64,000 nt of DNA from a virus. The position numbers were made by a program, and so were the translations under genes. This document shows positions 19,401 to 27,294 of the stretch, piece after piece. Position 1 is the stretch's first letter, and the number at the start of each line of letters is the position of its first letter. A model generated the notes under the pieces. The model did no database searches and was not told the origin of the DNA. It was given only the letters and a program-made list of their open reading frames with translations. The stretch lies in IMG/VR virus record IMGVR_UViG_3300045988_129366, positions 12,651 to 76,650 of that record. One strand, given 5' to 3'.

Positions 19401-20733
19401 GGTATTGGGAATGTGTATGTGTAGTTATATTGCCCGTCAGCACACCCTCGACCATCGCCTTTGTTATTCCGCTGAGATAGCTCGCGCCATAGGTGACGGT
19501 CAGTGTCTTCTTGTCATTGGAGAGTGATACATCCGTAACCGCATTGCCTGTGCCCGCCTCTGTCAGTATTAGCTCGTCAAGGTAGTTCTTGCCTTCAAGG
19601 GCGGAAATACGGATGTGGAGCGACTTGCCGAGTACCGCACCGAGCGCGTCAGTGGTCGATGGCGTTGCCGCCCATGTGCTGTCAGTGTAAAGCCCGAACA
19701 CGGAGCCACCGCCACCCGACGAGCTGCCTATGCCCTTTGCCGACACCCCGCCGAGAGAGAAGAATGTCTTCTTCGCCATGATGGTCTGCGCCTGTGCCAC
19801 CTGATTCCACTGAAGCTCCTTGCCGTTTGCATCGGCTGGCGCAAGCAACGACGTGACAGCCGTGATAAAGTTCGCCACGTCGGTGAGTGTGCGCTTCACG
19901 CCGTCATCGCCCGTCACGTCAATGGTCACGCCCGCGCCTATCGTGAGCGCACCGAGCGGAGTCCACTTGATGCCGTTTTCGTTGCCGAGCCATCCCGAAC
20001 CGTCAGCCTTGAAGCCGATGTTGCCGTTGGCGAAATATGCAGAGCCATCCATGCGCACAAGCGATGTGGCGGCAAGGGGTGCAATTTTACCTGACTCCGT
20101 TTTCAGTTCATCATACGTCTTGCGTGTATCGTCAGTTTTGAAAAGGTCGAGCATGTCACCGCCCCACCAAGAGCCTATCGTGCGGTCTCCGAGCTTCGGC
20201 ACATAGATGCCGTTTGTCCCAGCAAGAGTATGGCGAACATTATTGTCGTCCGTGTAGCCAAGGGCGATGAGCGAGGTCAGAAGCAGACCGTGGTCTGCTA
20301 CCGTGCCCTGCTTGGCAAGTGCCTCCTTGAGATAGCTGTATGTATCAAGCTCATTGTTTACATCCGTAGCGTCTGAAAGCACAGGTACGCGCACACGGTC
20401 AATCACCTTGCTTCCGTCTTTCAGTTCAAACTCGATGCTTTCCGTTGTGGCAAGCACCGCTATGGACCCGCTTGTACCTGCGGCATGTATAAGGATTCCC
20501 CCCGCACCGTCGGGCGTACGGACATAAGACAGGGTGTGGTCTGAGGTCAACGCATACGCCGAGCTGCCCGTCACCTTATACACCGAACATGTAACCCCCG
20601 TGACCGAGAGTGTCCCGTCAAGTTTCTTCGTGATGCTGTCCACGCTCGGAATCAACACATAGGTCTTCGCCGGGTCGCCATCCTTTAACCCCGCTATCGT
20701 GATATACCCCCTGCCTATCAGCTGTCCGCTCAT
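13420..20733 (-). CDS. giant tail fibre protein (2437 aa) with C-terminal intramolecular chaperone / peptidase S74 domain
   Basis: C-terminus SDARLKTRIADI...YWGAILPEL...LDYGKTALL...coiled coil matches S74 auto-cleaving chaperone (SDxRLKxNI); internal duplicated motifs (VLTGNITxHTHxQY, QSLANYVTxNTAQxISGxKTF, LPTASA..GGVK.G). Confidence 0.8.
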   Translation of the reverse strand: MSGQLIGRGYITIAGLKDGDPAKTYVLIPSVDSITKKLDGTLSVTGVTCSVYKVTGSSAYALTSDHTLSYVRTPDGAGGILIHAAGTSGSIAVLATTESIEFELKDGSKVIDRVRVPVLSDATDVNNELDTYSYLKEALAKQGTVADHGLLLTSLIALGYTDDNNVRHTLAGTNGIYVPKLGDRTIGSWWGGDMLDLFKTDDTRKTYDELKTESGKIAPLAATSLVRMDGSAYFANGNIGFKADGSGWLGNENGIKWTPLGALTIGAGVTIDVTGDDGVKRTLTDVANFITAVTSLLAPADANGKELQWNQVAQAQTIMAKKTFFSLGGVSAKGIGSSSGGGGSVFGLYTDSTWAATPSTTDALGAVLGKSLHIRISALEGKNYLDELILTEAGTGNAVTDVSLSNDKKTLTVTYGASYLSGITKAMVEGVLTGNITTHTHSQYLTSASLSGYYSKTQADERFQPKGNYVTDVTLNDYYTKPQIYNSPIIVYISRFVTLDFDEPLLPQSLSGTPTVLYDTVSKTLVAMSGYPIRPSITNSDGIFTNWVGAEGMGSVLTATRGWTPRSDVLYCNLQASEFYRWDGSDMVTVDELNDMASGGGLDESQLADYLTTNNYAKKSDIPSLSGYATQAWVTGKGYLTSSSLHTLTIQKNGTTVGTYKPNADATINIADVASAATLENHLNNTTNHVAGAEKLLWNQTATKLNAILGEDSDTIINKWEEVVAFLDTYTEADTLANLLSNKVDKEHGKGLSSNDFTDALKLKLTGLQNYTLPTASADTLGGVKIGANITITNGVISTHAPYSLPTASASVKGGVKVGVFGGLKMSGETLVVNLSATDIPDLSWEKITSGKPTTLSGYGITDAKIENGVITLGGKTITPITSHQSIHALTIKGNGTSLLTYNPKTEAAEIDITPAKIGASPSSHVHTQYAPVTALTNIYTKTEADNKFQPKGNYLTAITKAQVEAVLTGNITSHTHAQYAPVLLLANYVERVKLDNNTDIAALTGSHLYYSDTDGNTATMKNTPFAGSFMMLTQTCYNSGDDIRRARLAVDAYGGIKVFDDRTVSGTGGTWHTVLTDKNTKITNGTITINGTSITPLVQHQSLANYVTTNTAQRISGGKTFNNGALAVRQDKACGLTFYSFGDSDTERVAAIEILGASGSWLKNSLDFYKSGRIVARNSFTATSIIKSGGTSSQFLMADGSVATKHTLSSVTNLGWGGTSGQVVTINTIAYWNGQYAAGGSNLMYCDRGRFGTMATMDAADYPTVERFNSGVAFMAGKFPDGGVQFNVMHDEDEPGVGNIVNIPTKTSHLTNDSGFLTGSEADAKYLTALRVTGDALTWVKNGLGNNITLPFAAESRVLRSYGRITAVTDNTAHGVGVRLFEAYNNGYPTTYGNVLAVQGSTAIGGGELLMGWSGTNEGHASLYYRNRRDTASANWSAWATILDSVNFNSVIGSNLTAYVKKAGDTMTGTLTIGINAPSALAVFNQTGTNEPFIYLQRAGVYKAAFTHHSTHGTAIYNTPSQKYLGIKDDGTPHYNGNVLLHAGNYAATLDPRYVNVSGDTMTGCLTLTSGSSAAYNKTALSFIKTGTTTEQARIGTDASAGLGMYATGSIYLRPNVTLGVGSTNGLILSSSAITYNNNTVWHAGNDGAGSGLDADLLDGVHNGHVTAKLINGSNAVASTNITTPGFYYFDGNPANISDKSPTPGNSWNFSMMVLGHVAGRVKQLALEYSTGRVYTRINTESWSGWNPVAFLFDNVASATKLQTARTLWGRSFDGTGNVDGAMTVNYSGVIPGISLYRKEAGSGAFISFYGANQTTNYFRIGMAGDGHFSMCYNGGADGLSISAGGNVRVGYTNDSYKLAAASFICNSWVRTVGSAGWYSETYGGGWCMTDSTWIRIHGGKSLYAASGIIRTDGELQVGGGGDKFRVTAAGAVTATSFTKRGGTDTQVLMADGSVREIWRRGFSSEDGVALPMGNNDGTENKIIEVFALQLWNGAYTTPATARVIGGDTVEIKSRLAYCKHGAFGDIVTHNASEFLTSTSVSNKAATLSWNTAVTVAAVGGTNITVKLPANPNTDTKNTAGSTDTASKIFLIGATSQAANPQTYSHDTAYVGTDGCLYSGGAKVLTSHQSLANYVTKNTAQEISGAKTFTASMTARAITPQTSGTYNLGSTTSHWNQIFCRRLYVTTGGSDSLTAAGLGTAVGLGWLELRSAGTPYIDFTGSNSTADYNVRLAYQNSQLEVNGANFSVANTIRSKAYIGMIFDYIGSTAKANTYGVMFYKRDTYFNIIRTKKGAPDTPTSDHGGSLMEINLATNAVTFAGVVTASNISTSSDARLKTRIADIALPIADIAAAPLWRYRRKDTGVVDVGSTAQYWGAILPELTRTDEQGWMSLDYGKTALLASVSLARKADDHEARIKALEAENRALKQEIERIKAA

Positions 20734-20753
20734 TTCCGTAAATCTTAATCGTG

Positions 20754-21797
20754 TTATTTCTTAGTCACCTCGCACCATATCGTCGCCCTCACATCCACGT
20801 CGGCTGCCGCTACGGTAATCGGATTACCTGTAATTGTTGTGGTTGTCTTGCCGCTCCAGTTAGTTGCGGTGCCGTTCTTGTTGTATTTTGTCCATGTGTA
20901 GACAAACTGCCGTGATGCCTCGGCGGTATTTTGGTCTTCTATCTTGTTGCCGTCAAGCCACACCTCGGCAAATACCTGTGTCGAACCCGTGCCGTTCACA
21001 ATCTTGTCGCCCGTGGTAGAGCGAACATACACCACATACGGGTCTGTGGCATCCATGATGGTCTGATAACCATAGAACACCTCCGATGTATTCTCCGTGT
21101 CGGTGAACTTGGCGCGGAACGTCTGGAAATTTAGCACGTCATCGGCATGTACCGTCAGTGTCGACACTCCGCCGGATGTGCTTACACCCGATGTGACCGC
21201 TTTCCATGTACCGTCACTAATATCAAGCCGTTCCCATGATGCCGTAACCGTCGTGTCCTGCGTCGCACCCCTGTATAGCTTTGCGACGATTGAAAGCTGC
21301 GTTAGTGCGTTACCCTTATCGAATGTATCTCCATTCGGAAGCTCGAACACGACAAGCCCCGCCGCGCCACCGCTTTGGCTCAGTGCGAGCGTCTTGTAGC
21401 CGTTGACATGAGTGACCGCCCCCGTGTCGGGGTCGTTGTAGTCGCATTCCCACTCTATGTTGAGATATTTCAGTGCGGTCGGTATATTCGCTTTTATTGT
21501 CAACACATTGGCTGATGCCGTGTAGTTGCCGGTCGTCCCGGCAGCCGTACCGTTGACTTTCCACACCCAGCCCGTACATGCCGGCGTAGGTGCCTGGTCT
21601 GTGCCCAATCCGGTCACATATACCTTTGCCGTCACGGTCTGCGGATTGCTCGCCGAGTAAGAGGGTGTATAGACCTTTGTGTCGGGGTTATATATCTGCG
21701 TCTCGCCTAATGACGTTGACGTGTATGCCTGTACCGCCTTGCCGTCGTTTAGGTCGACGATGGTTATCTGCCCGCTTGCTATTTTCTTCCCTGCCAT
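20754..21797 (-). CDS. tail protein (possible fibre anchor / Ig-like)
   Basis: 347-aa ORF 21 nt upstream of giant fibre gene. Confidence 0.5.
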   Translation of the reverse strand: MAGKKIASGQITIVDLNDGKAVQAYTSTSLGETQIYNPDTKVYTPSYSASNPQTVTAKVYVTGLGTDQAPTPACTGWVWKVNGTAAGTTGNYTASANVLTIKANIPTALKYLNIEWECDYNDPDTGAVTHVNGYKTLALSQSGGAAGLVVFELPNGDTFDKGNALTQLSIVAKLYRGATQDTTVTASWERLDISDGTWKAVTSGVSTSGGVSTLTVHADDVLNFQTFRAKFTDTENTSEVFYGYQTIMDATDPYVVYVRSTTGDKIVNGTGSTQVFAEVWLDGNKIEDQNTAEASRQFVYTWTKYNKNGTATNWSGKTTTTITGNPITVAAADVDVRATIWCEVTKK

Positions 21798-21817
21798 TGT
21801 TATTCGGTTTTTATATG

Positions 21818-24800
21818 TTATTCCTGTTCATTTTCCATCTCATTTTCAAGCCAAGTGCCGCTTATGTCAACTTCGCACAAAAACACCGCATTGCGGTCTA
21901 CATCCTCGTCAGTGACGGTGCATTGGTTGCCGATGCCCTCATGCAGCCTGTTCCATATCTTGTCGCCGGTGGTGTCGCTTGATGTACGCTTCCAAGAGAA
22001 GCGACCCTCGTAGATGCGGTCGGTCACATCCTCGTTGCGGAAATATACATGGGCCGTCATCACGCGCTGCCCCTCGCCATTGAGAAGCACGTTGCCCTTG
22101 TCGGTGAGTATCTGCACCGTCACCGCCGACTGCTCGGCATTTTCTATGATATCACCCAGTGTTATGTCTCCGATTGAAGAGCCGATGTTAAGCGAGACGT
22201 TGTGGAGGTTGAATTTCCCGTTTATATATTCAATATACGAGCCGTCTCCTGCGCCGCTGTACGGCACAAGGTCTTTGTTTCCAATAAACCATCGGCTTTC
22301 GCCCGCCTGTTTTCCGACAAAGTAATACTCAACCCCTGCGGCGTTGACGGAGTTAAGGGATTCTATATAGCGTTCATATCCCCCGCCCACGACATCGCGC
22401 ACCTTGACGTACTGACGTGTCTTGTCGGTATAGTTGCCGAAGTGGATTATATTGTCCCCCTCGGCGGGAATACCCGTGCCGTTCACATCGGTTTTGGAAA
22501 GTGTGATATTATCAATCCCGACAGCAACAACCCTACGCTTGTAGAATTTCAAGTCTGCGTTTTCCGCAGTCCACTGATTACAGAACGCCACATCATCTAC
22601 GTGGAAGAGATTCGCTACAGAGCCGTTCTTTTGGTCGAAGTAGCAGACATATCCGTTGTCTGCCTCAACCACACGTGTCACACCGTTGATATAAGCCGCA
22701 GTGTCTATCTCCATGCCTCCGCGCCCCTCGGCTTGATTGATGACAAGCGTATTCACACTCATATCCTGCCTTACGCTCAGGCGGTCGGTTTCTAATACCC
22801 AGTTCCCGTTCTCGTCCTTATAGAATCCCCATCCGGCACCACCTACAAGTCCTGCGCGGAAATCTCCGCTTGTCAGTAGAGAAAAGAATTGGGTAGGGGA
22901 GAGGCTTCGGTCTGATATGCCGTCCTTGCGCAGGTAGAGTTTGTCGCCGACAGCACGGACAATCTGCTCGATGTTGCTTATCGCACCCACCTGCCGCTGC
23001 AAGGCACTTATCTCGCCTTGCATCATTGATACAGGATTGGCAGAGGTCGTGTACTCGTTGCCAAGCACAATCTCCACATCCGGATTCAGTGCCGCATCGT
23101 CGCTTGTCGGTTCGCGGTAGGTGTAGGTGATGGATTGGAGATACAGCGTCTCGCAGGCTTTTCCAGCTTCGTTGAAGAATCGTTTGTCAAAAAGCCGCAG
23201 GGAGTTGCCGACACGGAGCTGATTGATAAGGGCGTTTGGCTTTCCCTCGTTGCTGAGCCTCACGCGGTCGGTTGTCACCACCGCCGTAGGCTTGATTTCT
23301 TTTACCTCGCCGAGCTGGTCTTTCTTCCAATCGTCAAGGCGTATCTCCGCATCGACAACGTATGGCACGTGCGTCATTTCCGTGCCGATGAACACGAATC
23401 TATCTCCGGCTTTGCCCTGTTTCTGTGTCGAGGGTACGTATAGCCCAGTTGCTTCAAGTTCGGCCTCGCTCTTGGCAAGCGTTATGCGCCAGTGACTCTG
23501 TTCTCCTTCGTATGTCTTGCTCGAATCGGGAACGGGGAAGTCAACAATCGTAAATTCGTAGTCCTCACTTATGGCAAGAGCGCCGGAAGTAAACATGATT
23601 TTTGCGGCATTGCCCTCGCGGTCGCCTAAAACAGGCTTCCACACTCTTTCGGAGTATTCCTCGTTGGTCTCCGCCGCCCCCTTGCTGCTGTCCCAAATGT
23701 TCTTTACCCAAATGTCAAAGGTCTTGCGCCACTTGCTATCCTGCAACGAAGCGGTCTGTTTCTTTGGCGATTCATAACCTACGGTAATCCAACCCTCTTT
23801 AGGAAGATGAATATTGGGGTCAAGAACAAGTTCCACCTCAAATGTCGCCCTCCATTTCCATCTACCGGCAGGAATACCACTTCCCGGATGCTCCACACCT
23901 GTAATCGCGTTTATGGCGATTATCTCGGGTGAATCCGATACCACAAGCAGGTCGGTTACATCCTTGTCGCCCCCGGTGATACCTTTGGTATAATGTGCGT
24001 TTTTTGAATATGCTCCCGTGACAATATTGGCGGTCTGACCGTCAGGGACATCAAACGGGGGAAACTCCACCATTATCGCCCTCCTTGTTGTCATCGACGT
24101 TAGTTTCACGGTCGTTGTCGCCCCCTCGATGTTGGATATTTTTGCGTCATTCTCCGTACTCTCCGCCACATCGTCGCTCTCAATTTGCTCAACATCCACC
24201 GCTATATCAAGCCCCGTACCTTGCAGGGTAGGGTAGATGTCATCATTGTTGTCGAGCGTATCGGGAAGCGGTCCGTACTTGTCGAGTGACGAGCCTTTCT
24301 TTACGTATGGCGAGTAGCCGGGAAGTATCTCCACCTGTTTGTCGCCCGTAGCCGGGCTAATGGTGATTTCATCCGCCACAAACTCCACCGGTGCAAACTT
24401 CGTGTCTGTGTAGCCTTTGTGGTAAGCCCACGGAGCGTATGCGTTGCTCTCCCCTACTGACGTGTAGCCGGGATATTTGGATATATGCGCCGCCTTCCAT
24501 CCCTGCACGTAGCTACGGAATGTCGCGGGCATAAGGTTTTTGAAAGGGATATTGGCAAGCTCCTCAATCCAGTCGGGGTCGGGTCGGAAGTCGGGGTTGT
24601 TCGGGTCGGCGTCCTTGAAGTAGCGCAGAGGGATGTTCGTATCGCCTCCGCGCCCTTTGAGCATGTTGCGTATCTCTTCGCTCTGCACCTGACGCTCAAC
24701 TTTCAGCAGTCCGCCCTCAAAGCCGTACTCAAATATATGGTCAACCTCCGTGGTCGGATAGCCTACGCGGATTACGTAACGCTCGCCATTGTTTTGTCCC

Positions 24801-25378
24801 TGCCAGGCATCTTCAGCTGCCTTGATTTCCCACCTTACGCCGTACTTGTCATGGAATGCGTCAATCAGCACATTCCATATCTTCGTGTGGCTTATGGTTA
24901 TGATTGTCGCCTCCTGCTTGTACTGCCATGCAGGGTTGAGGTCAATCGTTATGGTGTCGCCGTAATAATATTCAAGCACTTGCCTGAACAGCTCGCAGAA
25001 GTCGCCGAGATTGAGCTGCACGGTTGCCACTTCCTCGTCGGGAAGATACGTCCCTGCGGCTATCTGGTGAATGGTTACAAATGTCCAACGCTTAAGCTGA
25101 TATATAGCCCAGTGCTGAAACGTGAGGTCAATCTGCGACTTAAGGCTTTCGTTGCCCTTGCTCCCCTGCGGTATGCGCAGAGGCATTATGTATTTCTCCC
25201 CCTGAAACTCAACCGCCCAATCATAAGAGAAGTCAGGGGTAATGTCACCATCTATCTTGACTTGGGTAGATATGGTTTTCTCGCTCATGTCAACAAGAGG
25301 CACCTGTGCATGGGTGAGTGTGGCATATTGCTTCCCGTCTTTCTTCGGGAAGTTAAGCTCTTTAATATCGGGTATCAA
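21818..25378 (-). CDS. large tail tip / host-specificity-type structural protein
   Basis: 1186-aa ORF between tape measure protein (TMP)-proximal genes and fibres; size and position typical of Tal/baseplate hub. Confidence 0.55.
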   Translation of the reverse strand: MIPDIKELNFPKKDGKQYATLTHAQVPLVDMSEKTISTQVKIDGDITPDFSYDWAVEFQGEKYIMPLRIPQGSKGNESLKSQIDLTFQHWAIYQLKRWTFVTIHQIAAGTYLPDEEVATVQLNLGDFCELFRQVLEYYYGDTITIDLNPAWQYKQEATIITISHTKIWNVLIDAFHDKYGVRWEIKAAEDAWQGQNNGERYVIRVGYPTTEVDHIFEYGFEGGLLKVERQVQSEEIRNMLKGRGGDTNIPLRYFKDADPNNPDFRPDPDWIEELANIPFKNLMPATFRSYVQGWKAAHISKYPGYTSVGESNAYAPWAYHKGYTDTKFAPVEFVADEITISPATGDKQVEILPGYSPYVKKGSSLDKYGPLPDTLDNNDDIYPTLQGTGLDIAVDVEQIESDDVAESTENDAKISNIEGATTTVKLTSMTTRRAIMVEFPPFDVPDGQTANIVTGAYSKNAHYTKGITGGDKDVTDLLVVSDSPEIIAINAITGVEHPGSGIPAGRWKWRATFEVELVLDPNIHLPKEGWITVGYESPKKQTASLQDSKWRKTFDIWVKNIWDSSKGAAETNEEYSERVWKPVLGDREGNAAKIMFTSGALAISEDYEFTIVDFPVPDSSKTYEGEQSHWRITLAKSEAELEATGLYVPSTQKQGKAGDRFVFIGTEMTHVPYVVDAEIRLDDWKKDQLGEVKEIKPTAVVTTDRVRLSNEGKPNALINQLRVGNSLRLFDKRFFNEAGKACETLYLQSITYTYREPTSDDAALNPDVEIVLGNEYTTSANPVSMMQGEISALQRQVGAISNIEQIVRAVGDKLYLRKDGISDRSLSPTQFFSLLTSGDFRAGLVGGAGWGFYKDENGNWVLETDRLSVRQDMSVNTLVINQAEGRGGMEIDTAAYINGVTRVVEADNGYVCYFDQKNGSVANLFHVDDVAFCNQWTAENADLKFYKRRVVAVGIDNITLSKTDVNGTGIPAEGDNIIHFGNYTDKTRQYVKVRDVVGGGYERYIESLNSVNAAGVEYYFVGKQAGESRWFIGNKDLVPYSGAGDGSYIEYINGKFNLHNVSLNIGSSIGDITLGDIIENAEQSAVTVQILTDKGNVLLNGEGQRVMTAHVYFRNEDVTDRIYEGRFSWKRTSSDTTGDKIWNRLHEGIGNQCTVTDEDVDRNAVFLCEVDISGTWLENEMENEQE

Positions 25379-25414
25379 TCTGCTTCATAGGGCAAAGGCT
25401 CTCGGCTCAGATGG

Positions 25415-25891
25415 TTAGACTGATTTTTCAAAATTGCATTTTGTCGGGTCGCTCACGTGGATTACAAACTCCACCTGTGCGAACTCATATCCGTTCTTGC
25501 TTTTCTTGAACTCCTTGCACTCGGCGATAGGCTCGGGCAATCCGACAATCTTGCAAGGCTTGAAGTCGTTGTAGAACGTCACTTCCTTGTAGGTGCGGAT
25601 GTCGCTGTTGGTAGGCTGTGTGTAGAGTTTCTTGTTGAACGCGGCTATGATGGAATTGACGCGTTTCAGATCCTTGTCCTGCCCGTCGATGATAAACTGC
25701 ACCTTGTAGTCGAAGGCATCCTGCACCGTGCGTGGGTCGATGTTGTCTCCGGCCTGCTCGGCGTAAGTCGTGACGTCGCGCTTCTTTATAGGAGCCTCCG
25801 TGCGGTTGTCGGCATCCATATAAATCAGCTTGTGCGCGGTAAAGGTGTCCTCTATCGCGCCGTCGCCTATCTTTATGCGTACGTTTATCAT
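25415..25891 (-). CDS. putative tail component (distal tail-like)
   Basis: 158-aa ORF downstream of TMP region. Confidence 0.4.
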   Translation of the reverse strand: MINVRIKIGDGAIEDTFTAHKLIYMDADNRTEAPIKKRDVTTYAEQAGDNIDPRTVQDAFDYKVQFIIDGQDKDLKRVNSIIAAFNKKLYTQPTNSDIRTYKEVTFYNDFKPCKIVGLPEPIAECKEFKKSKNGYEFAQVEFVIHVSDPTKCNFEKSV

Positions 25892-26373
25892 CGCTCAATC
25901 AATTTTATTGTCTTGCGCTTGAACACGCAATTGTCACTCTTTGCCCCCACAACCTTGCAGTCCTCGGCGATATACAGCGGCACCGCGATTGCAGGCTCGT
26001 TCTCCTGCTCGCACTCCACGCGGATTTTACATCCGTTGGCGAAATACAGCATCGGGATAACGGCATTGTCGTAGTCCATCGCAACCTTGATTGTTCCCTT
26101 GCAGTCGTGGAAGATGTAAGCCTGCAACTTGTCGAAAACTTCACCGTCGAAAGTCCTGCCGACGAATACGCCCTTGTCTTCGATGTCTGAGAACTCACGG
26201 CGCAGAAGTTTGAGACTTGGAAAGCCGCGCTCCATGCACCAGTCCGGATTTTCTACATAGAGATTAATTAGCTCGTCTCTGTCGTAGGCCCGCATCTGGG
26301 CATAGCCATCCGCGCAGATTCCTCCGCGTCGCGCATCCTCCATAAGCGTTTCTTTCAACTGCAATTCTTCCAT
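25888..26373 (-). CDS. hypothetical tail-module protein
   Basis: 161-aa ORF; preceded by Bacteroides-type promoter. Confidence 0.4.
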   Translation of the reverse strand: MEELQLKETLMEDARRGGICADGYAQMRAYDRDELINLYVENPDWCMERGFPSLKLLRREFSDIEDKGVFVGRTFDGEVFDKLQAYIFHDCKGTIKVAMDYDNAVIPMLYFANGCKIRVECEQENEPAIAVPLYIAEDCKVVGAKSDNCVFKRKTIKLIER

Positions 26374-26377
26374 ATCG

Positions 26378-26425
26378 CAAAGTTAGCGATATATTGTCAA
26401 TTATGCAATAGAAACTATAATTCAG
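26378..26425 (-). promoter_or_regulatory. Bacteroides-type promoter with conserved 35-nt upstream motif (copy A)
   Basis: minus strand TTGcataattgacaatat-N-TAacTTTG; motif atattgtcaattatgcaa..tataattcag shared with copies at 27245..27276 and 51646..51680. Confidence 0.5.
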
Positions 26426-26427
26426 CT

Positions 26428-27117
26428 TTATATTTTATCGGGCAATAGCATAACCTTTGGGGTGTGAAGCTCGCGCCACTTTTTGCGCAGATACTCCATC
26501 GTGCCGTTAAAGTTTGTCAGAAAGCCGTCGTTGATAAGGTCGGCAACCTTGCGCTGGAAACTGAACAGCTCACGCATCTTCTTTTCATCGCCATGCTGAT
26601 TTCGTATCATCGTGGCGTGGGCGTTGAACACGCAGTAATTGATAGCCTCTGCGATTTTAGGCATTGCGGCTCTCATAAAGTCCTTGCTCACGATTTTGCT
26701 TACTGCGGCGGCAAGCTCCTTATAACTATCTCCGGCTTCATTGCGATAGGCGAGCATTTGGTCGGAAACAAATTTGAGAACGTGGTATTCAAACCGAGGG
26801 CTAAGATACATCGCGAACTTCACGAACAAAACGGGGTGAAGCCATGTCCCGCCATTCTTGCCTTTGTTGGTCTTTGAGAGCTTGTTTTTTAATTCCGTAA
26901 ATTCTACGGATTTAATTCCAAGCTCATTTTCAGCGATTTCCGACATTAGGTCGGGAAGGTTGGTGCTTTTCCAAAAGTTGTCTATCTCGCGTTTGTTGTC
27001 CGGCATTGTTTCATTCCATGCCTTTGCCAATGCTGTGGCGTTGAAATAGCCGTCGGAGGTACGTTGCGCCACGTCAAACACACCCATCTTCCGTATCATC
27101 ACTTGGTTTGTTTTCAT
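26428..27117 (-). CDS. KilA-N domain protein (moron between TMP and tail genes)
   Basis: GVFDVAQRTSDGYFNATALAKAW...GTWLHPVLFVKFAMYLSPRFEYHV is a classic KilA-N/APSES-type N-terminal domain. Confidence 0.75.
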   Translation of the reverse strand: MKTNQVMIRKMGVFDVAQRTSDGYFNATALAKAWNETMPDNKREIDNFWKSTNLPDLMSEIAENELGIKSVEFTELKNKLSKTNKGKNGGTWLHPVLFVKFAMYLSPRFEYHVLKFVSDQMLAYRNEAGDSYKELAAAVSKIVSKDFMRAAMPKIAEAINYCVFNAHATMIRNQHGDEKKMRELFSFQRKVADLINDGFLTNFNGTMEYLRKKWRELHTPKVMLLPDKI

Positions 27118-27143
27118 ATATTATAATGTATCTTTGCGTATCT

Positions 27144-27190
27144 ATAAAAAGATACCCCCAAGCGAGGCCACTACACACTCGCAAGGGGGA
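27144..27190 (-). terminator. terminator-like hairpin in leader between promoter copy C and KilA-N gene / downstream of TMP
   Basis: minus strand CCCCCTTGCGAG..CTCGCTTGGGGG stem then TATCTTTTTAT. Confidence 0.45.
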
Positions 27191-27229
27191 TTATCTCAAA
27201 TAAGGTTCTGTGAGTAGTGGTTCACGGCA

Positions 27230-27276
27230 CAAAGATAATGCTTTATTGAAAATTACGCAAACATTTCTATAATTTA
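27230..27276 (-). promoter_or_regulatory. Bacteroides-type promoter (copy C, degenerate) upstream of KilA-N gene
   Basis: minus strand TTTGcgtaattttcaataaagcat TAtcTTTG with 20-nt spacer. Confidence 0.45.
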
Positions 27277-27294
27277 TCTTTAGGTTTCGGGCTG

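Noticed and set aside
13420-20733. Diversity-generating retroelement targeting the tail fibre
   Set aside because: Internal repeats are at protein level within the fibre. No reverse transcriptase ORF or template repeat was found anywhere in the window.
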